Source: Raillietiella orientalis | Lineage: Eukaryota | Direction: 5' to 3' | Assembly (NCBI GenBank): GCA_036172245.1 | Contig: JAYWIR010000005.1 | Coordinates: forward strand, 5,084,001 to 5,148,000 | Length of the DNA stretch: 64,000 nt | Part shown: piece after piece, positions 56,644 to 64,000 of the stretch | How positions within the stretch are numbered: the first letter of the stretch is position 1 | Layout: each line of letters opens with the position of its first letter | Translations under genes and position numbers: made by a program | Notes under the pieces: generated by a model | The model's input: the letters and a program-made list of their open reading frames with translations, nothing else | Database searches by the model: none | Told to the model about the DNA's origin: nothing

Positions 56644-59481
56644 AGACGCGGACCGCGGCTGGAACAAGAGCGCGAGGCAGTCATCCATTCCTCGCCGCAG
56701 TCCTTCTTCCCTTCTCCGACGTTGCAGCTTCACCGTCTGCTGAGGCGTTTCCTTTGCTGCCTGCTTGAGGGACGCCCACACGGACGTCCCTCAGTGTCCT
56801 TCGTATCAGTTCATGTGGAACGTCCCTCATGGAGTTGAATTCTTGCGAATAATTTCTCGTTCGTCACGTACGAGCCGTTCTTTCTCCGGATTCAAGGTGA
56901 ACTACGCCACTTTGAAGCTCCCATCCACTTCGGTACGCGCGTGTTGGCCTCAAGAACGAAGACACAAGCAGCATTTCCCTCCTCCCACTATGGAGGAAGG
57001 GCGTGCATGCATCCCGACCGTCAGTGCGTCACCAACGAGTCCACAGCGGCTGAAGAAACACCAGCGTCTGACTGATGTGGCATCAAGTCTTTGGAACACA
57101 GTTGACCCCGAAGCGCTGAACACTCGCTTCCATCGCAGCTCACTCCAATGCAGAAATAGAGCACAGAACTCTGTTTTTCTATTCATGGCTTCTTCTCATA
57201 TTCTTCTCCATCAATTTATCACTAGGAATCTCATGATCGTGCTAGATACGATGGACTATCGTTATCAAAGCATTGTTTTGTCTCCACTGCCTTCCCTAGT
57301 CATAAATGCATCCTCCACCACATCCACCACACCAGCGCGGTGGGAGATTCGTTTTCGCTCAGCAAACATTCCCGAAAAGTTGCATTTCGACCCCACTGCC
57401 ATCGAAAATTAATTCTTCACATCCGACATCAGAGTCGCAGTTCACTTTGCGCTTTCTTGGTTACAGCTTCCAGTAGTTCTCTCGGAAGGCAAGCAGAAAT
57501 TACTTCTACAGAATCGAAACAGACATATACGAGTACTGGAGAGAGCAAGTTCTTCTCATGCGATCATACGGTAAGCAGAATTTTCTAGCACGTCTCACGA
57601 AGACCAGATCATGTAGCTTACTTTCCCAATTGTTTTCCTGTCTACTATCTATACGAGAGCATCCAAGTCTCTTCGCAAGCAGATGATTTTCTTATCTATA
57701 CCTACACTGAACTATCCCATTCATCTGCAAGGAAGCATTACTGATGCCAGCTCCACTGCTCCGTTCGTGTCCAACGTCTGGAAAAGAAATAGCAGCTTCC
57801 ATACCAACGCAAGCATTGTGAAAATCCACACAGCTCCTCCTAATAATTAACTCAAGGTGAAGATTGATGAAGAAAGTCTCAGTATGTTTCATGAATAAAT
57901 ACGGTGCATGCCCTCTTTCTGTTACGTTAGCAACCTATTAATGGAGAAATTTTCGGCGTAAGCAAAATGCTACCACAAAAACTGATTTTTGATGTTTTGG
58001 AAAAGAAACCAGAAAAACGATCCTCGTTGCCGAGGGTGTTTCCAAGCTGCGTAGTCTGAACTTGTTAAAGATTCGGAGGAATGTCTTCAATGGTGGACGC
58101 TTGCCGGGTCAGAATTCGATGGAAGCGGTCCGCAGACTCACTTCATCGGTCGTACCGCCATTTTTTTTCTCCCCTTGGAAAATCATAGAACGAGTACGGA
58201 AGAGAAAAAAAAAAAAAAGAAGTGCGTAATTGAAAGTTCGGAACGATATCCTGACTTAAGAAGGTACTGGGACCTTAGCGTGAATTTCTTTTATACTTCT
58301 CATGTGAAACAGGATTGATCTCCGCGAATGTGATATCTTGAGATATTTTCTCCGAAACGGAAATCTCGCGAAAAGAGAAACTCAGGGAAACCGAATTTGG
58401 CTTCAGTTGTGGAAGAAAAGGGGAACGTCAAGCAAATAAGGAAAATGCTTGCTGCAGGGTGATCCACGGAAGAAAATCCTGTCCCAAATCCTGACCAGGT
58501 GGACGAAGAGAAAGCAAACGTGTTGTTACCAAGCGTTTTTTGAAGCAGATTCGAAATTGGTCACGTTCTTGGAATTTCCTTCCGTTTCATTTGTTGACTT
58601 TCAAATCCCGAAGCATGGATCAGACCATCTAGAAAGATCTTGGAATTCTGGATTTCGGTACTCATTCGCAACCTACACTTCAAAGCCACCTTTTCGGGTA
58701 CCGATTTAGGATTGTGAAAATTTGCATGTCTGCAGCACTTGTGCTTGCAAGCAACCTTTCTTCAGTCGCAGAAAGGTGAAAAAGTATTTCGTATTTAGCA
58801 TGATGCGAGAAGAAAAAGGTTTGCCATCATTGAAAATAAACAAGTAAACTAGCTATGGAATCTGCAAAACAGCTGTAGAGTTGCAGTGAACGATTTCTTT
58901 CTGAAAGTAAACAAAGGTCAATGGATCGTTTTCCTTACTAGTAGAAAATAAAGCTTCCCTTGGTAGCTGGGAAGAACTCTAAAGCAAAAGTTGGTGTTTT
59001 AGCACAAAAAGTGTAAGAATCGCTGAAGCAGCCACATGGAAATTTTTTCGATGATGAGGAAGCAAACATGTCAGGATCAAGAGAACGTTCGCTCTTATTG
59101 TAAATAAACTATGAATTCAGCTGGAAAAAAAACGAAAAACTGCAACGCATTCCAAATCAAACATTATTGCATCATCGAAAAACACTACAGTGTTTCCTGG
59201 TTGCTGGTTGCCAGCTTTTCCAAGTGGCCACTTTACAGTTTCTCGTGTGACATTCATACGCTTGGTGATTCGGCCCCTTATTTGAATACAGCAAGAATCG
59301 AGTCAGCGTTTAGTTCTTCAGGTCAAACCGTTTCCTAGGTCAACAATGACCGTGTTGTTTTTTATTGCTGAATTATGCAAGTTTACTATATTGTCCCTTG
59401 CATCATTTGATTATGTTAAGTCCAAAACAAAGTGAGGAGGACAGCCACGCAAGTTTTGGAAAACCAAGCTAGAAGGACATC

Positions 59482-60884
59482 ATGTCAGCGCCTGTAAAAG
59501 AAAATTTCAACAACACGGCATCAAGATTAAGATGGCTTGCGTCCAGAAAGCTGAAAGTAGAGCCCAAGTCTCAAAAGCTGGTAAACACAGTTCACAAGAA
59601 ATCCCTCACTAATGAGAACAGAGCATTGCCATTGGACTTTCGTAAGCAACTTTCGGTGAAGAGAAAACTCACGTTCAGACTCCAAAACGAAATACAGTCT
59701 TTACAAGAAGTCAGTAATTTTCTTCAAGAAGTGATTACAAAAATGAGGTATTTGGTTTAAGCATTTTTTTTACTATGATCTCTGTGTTCAGTTGAAACAT
59801 ACCACTTCATTACCATAATAACAAAACTCGACATTTCCAAAGAAAAGACTGCTTTTTCCATAAGCACTTACATGCATGCATTATCTGTGTATACGCTACC
59901 GGATAAAACAAACCTAGCATATAGCATATACTTGTATATGGAGATAAGTATGTAAGCGCATGTATTCAGCTATTGGTGATGCACTTGAAGATTTTGATTT
60001 TCGCACTTGATTCGAAGATTCTGCGAATTCTTTTACATAATTTTTCCTAGTGCTTTGTGAAATGAATAGAAGTGGTCAGAATAAAGTAACTTTAAAAAAT
60101 AACCACCTAACTTTATGGACTGTTTTTGTCTATTTCAATGCATGCTAAAGCGAATTTTGTTCAAGAAGAAAGAATACTTCGTATCAGTGCCATAAAGTTG
60201 CTCAGAAAAATTCTACTTAGTTAAAATATGGTAATGTGAAAGAGAAATAAAATGTTCAAATAGGTATTACCTGTCGAATATTGAATGATATACTAATATT
60301 TTCTCTTCAACTGTTAAATGGAAAGGCAATTTTAAGATGTCTCTTCAGAGAGGAAAATACGACATTCTTCATAAAATTGGAGTACGAAATGACAAAGTGG
60401 TTTCATGATAAGAAACAGATCACTCAAAACTTGCATCTCTGCAGGAAAGGTATCCAAGTAATCGAAGATAGATTTTATTTGATTTATCGTAAAGAAGAAC
60501 AAATCTTAATGAATGAAATTAAAGAGAAAAAGGAACATCTAGATGCATTAAATTCTATTTTGGACAAGTACAGGCATCAAAAGTAAGTTGAAAGTTCAAA
60601 GGAATAATATGTTCTCCATGAGTCCCAATATTTTATTGTACAATAGCATTCGAAAACCGAGTATACAAATAAAAAAATAGAATAGGGAAGACTCCACATT
60701 CTTATCCTGAAAATGGAAAGCTGATAAATGCTTGCTGTTTTTACATTTGGTTACGCTTTTGTTCGATTTTACGTGTTAAAGTTCGAAGACTGTTCAGTTT
60801 GGACTTTTGTATCATCAATGGAAAACTTATTTAACAGTACCTTCCTTAACTGAGCGGAAACGCTATCAAGGAAATCAAAAATGA
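59482..60884 (+). CDS. Putative small coiled-coil protein, 3 exons (family not recognised)
   Basis: Exons 59482-59747, 60349-60582 and 60782-60884 have GT-AG sites and compatible phase-2 joins (...ITKMR|EENTTFF...YRHQ|NSKTVQF...QK*). Sequence is rich in E/K/L/Q. Confidence 0.45.
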
Positions 60885-63800
60885 ACTTGGTAAACCTCCT
60901 TCATTTGGATTTATGATTTCCCGGTTAAGCCTATACTGTACTCACCAGCCTGAAATTGGAAGTGTTGGAAGTGAATGAATATTTTGAATGTAGGTAAAGG
61001 AAGTAAATAACGATAAATATAAATTAGATAAAGAAGAGCTGTAGGTTTCTTGAAATTGTGATATGACACTCTTAAAAAAGCATTTGTTCGACTGAACTCG
61101 TTTTGCGTAGATACGGGAAGAGTAGATTGCAATTTTATCCGCTGGCGATAATGTGAAAAAGTGTTTCGTATTTTGCATGATGCGAGATGAAGACTAATAT
61201 TTAATGAATTACATTTTAGCATAGCGATAGCAGAGCCTGAAAACAGGTGTGAATATTTTCAAGAAATTTCTAATAGTATACCCATGGTTGCGAAAATGGT
61301 CGTAGAGAAACATTTTGGCAAGCATTTATGATGCAAGCATAATAAATACATTGGTAATGATATTGGCGTTATTTTGGGGATTGGTTTAATATGAATTGAA
61401 ATTTTTAATTATTTTGATTGTGAACAAATGTACGGTAATGCACAATTTGAAGTTTCATTTTTGAGCATGAATTGGATGAATGCTTGGTTGGAATCCAGAT
61501 AGTAACACTATGATGTTTCCCAGCATTCGTGTTGCAATTCTTGTTTTCCATGTTAACACAGTGCTTTCGGTTGCTCTCAATGAGGATCCGTAGATATTAC
61601 CCGATCCTAGAACATTGGAATAGGTATACAAGTAACTTTGTTGAATTGTTAGCTTTGCAACATTCATTAGCCATTGCTGTTGTTTGTAATGGCTAGCGGA
61701 TGTCACTTCTGTATAAAGTAAATTTTTGTTCGTCTGCATTTTAATCTACTTGAATGATGTTTGAAGCAACAAATGTGTCATGTATTTAGTCATGCACCAA
61801 CCAATATGCTGATGACCATTTTGACACTTTACATTTCTTGAATCATATTTGTTGAAAATGAAAAAGCGGTTCTCATCGATATTATTGACACAATGGCATT
61901 AACTTCCGCATCAAATAGAGTTGGTTTTCTTTTAGTTTTTGATTCATATTTGATGTTTCATCAGGTATAACAGAAAACACTTTTTGTTCATTCTTTACTG
62001 TATTCAGGTGAACACAATTGTATGACCACTCCAAGGAGTGCTGCACATATTTGGAAGCTTGTTCACAGCCTGTGATCAAGGAATGGAACACAATGCACCA
62101 ACTGTTCATAACCCATTTCATATATGTACATGGGCCAAACCAAGGTTCCTAGAGCAGTCTGAATCTGTGTGGACTGACACAGTTGGCATGGCAGTCTTCA
62201 CTTGGTGACATATGTTTATAGTTTTTGTTGCATGTTTCACCAAAACAGCAATGGTTTAGTCATTCATTTCCATGTCCCAAAGAAATGCATTTAACTTCAA
62301 ATATTATTTGCCCTAAACATTGCCAAACCAGTATGTTAAAGCTAACCACATTCAAACAGAAAGAACTTCAAGCAAGCAAAACTTGAGCACCTCTCTTAAC
62401 AAGAGGCTTTATTTTTACAAGGGTGAGATCACAAATTTTTAACCCAGTGCAAAGTAGATTGAAGACTACTAAGTTACTTAAAATGCGTACCTTTGTAATG
62501 ATTAGTCTGGTTGCCAAGTAACAAATATACAGTCTAGTGAACGATTTCACTGTAATGCTTATAATTTCCTATTTGCATTCATGTCAGCTATGAAAAACGC
62601 ATTTTGGGAAAACAAACCTAACAACTCTTCATGCAAGAGATACACATAGTGTATACAACACTAATTATTTATGATTTCATATAGCAAGATTTTTTCTTTT
62701 TCTGCCATTAGTTCATTGCTTTGTGAACTTTTACTTCTTGGAATGTTTAATGGTGACACCTCTTTGCATGACAGAATGAAAAAGTTTTAATGTCTTGTGA
62801 TAATCAAGTGTACAGATGCATCTTAATGGCAGCACAACTCAAAACTACTTCCCAAAATAAAGAAAAGTTGTTACCAAAAAAACATTTTAAACTAAAAAAT
62901 TACTAAAAAGCATTAAGGTTTTACTCATAAAAATCAGTTTAGACAGCACCCAATCAGTTACATTAAGAAAATCTAAATTGATTTTGCATCTCTGAAAACT
63001 ATTCATTAAAATGCACAAAAGTTTGCTTAATTGACAAACATTGCACTTCATGACTTCTCCAAGAAAACATTTTCCTTTTTATTTTGATGTTCTTAGCATG
63101 TTGCAGGAAATGTGGTAATTTCTATGATAAATAGGAATTAAATCTGTTTTGCACCATTAGCACAAGAGCCAGTTTTGTGCATCAGGAAATCAATCTGTTA
63201 ATTGGTTTTCTTTTTTCCTCACACGAGATCTTACTCACTGAGGCTTACAGGAGAACATGTTTTACTCATCTTCATTTCTAGTATGTATGCATGCACTAAC
63301 AATTAATTTTGATAGCCATCACTGCAATCAGTACTAAATGAAGTACAGAATTGCTGCCGAATTCCGAGAACGAAACTGCATATCTGAAAAACTAGGGAGG
63401 TTTATTCTCTCTGATCACATATACCGCGAAAGATTCTGTTGCAAAATCCATACAAAGTACTTAAGCAAATAAATCTTAAAAGTGTATCGTGTGAAAACTA
63501 GTCCCAATTCTTTTACACTCAACTCCTAGGATAATATTAATGCTCATAATGTAACGTTTTTAAAAACTGTCATCTACAGTGTTCCATTTTTTTCAAAGAA
63601 TAAAAAATAGTTATTAAGGATAAGGGAAATTCCGTGAGTACAACTCAAACACTTGTATAGCTAAAATATAGTTATGTATTTACTGTATTTCCAAATCTAA
63701 TTTTTGTAATCATAAATAATCCATTTATTACAAAACAATTAACTGTCATTAAGATAACTCGTCCTTCACCTCAATGATATTCTCATAGATTATTTAAAAT

Positions 63801-64000
63801 TTTGGTAGAACTATCCTTTTCAACACATGGATTTTGTTGGTACTTAAGTGTATACATTACTCTCTATAGTTATCCACTTTCAATTATAGTTCTCTCCACT
63901 GCACTAGTTATCTGGAAAGGAAATTACCAATTTTATACGGAAGGCTTTCAACTAACCTTATTATGAACATAATTCTCACATAAATAACACCAAACTGAGA

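Noticed and set aside
55936..56781. 281-aa minus-strand ORF with a faint resemblance to KDZ transposase motifs
   Set aside because: The ORF runs across the non-coding tRNA-like head. The rest is better explained as decayed ORF1.
60900..62550. Minus-strand ORFs as exons of another gene
   Set aside because: One good donor (~60945) but I could not build a phase-consistent chain or recognise a product.
1..64000. CRISPR arrays, rRNA or prokaryotic operons
   Set aside because: No regularly spaced repeats, rRNA motifs or gene-dense coding. Spliceosomal introns are present.

Overview
Eukaryotic (metazoan, probably invertebrate) genomic DNA with GT-AG introns and no prokaryotic features. The main structure is a ~30-kb interrupted palindrome: two ~6.2-kb inverted arms (~7014-13220 and ~30832-37039) around a 17.6-kb spacer. 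Each arm carries a secreted S1A (trypsin-fold) serine protease gene, arranged head-to-head. The long introns, upstream DNA and catalytic-Asp exon are about 99% identical between arms. The His-exon, the Ser-exon and the S1-pocket part of the last exon are deeply diverged, including at synonymous sites, and predict different specificity (Asp189/Gly226 versus Gly189/Ser226). This fits arm-to-arm gene conversion with selection-protected divergence islands. The spacer and flanks are dense with decayed L1/Tx1-like non-LTR retrotransposons that share a tRNA-like 5' head and a covarying hairpin between AATAAA and the tail. The AT-rich right end may hold a small three-exon coiled-coil gene. All identity values and counts come from manual reading, not computed alignments.
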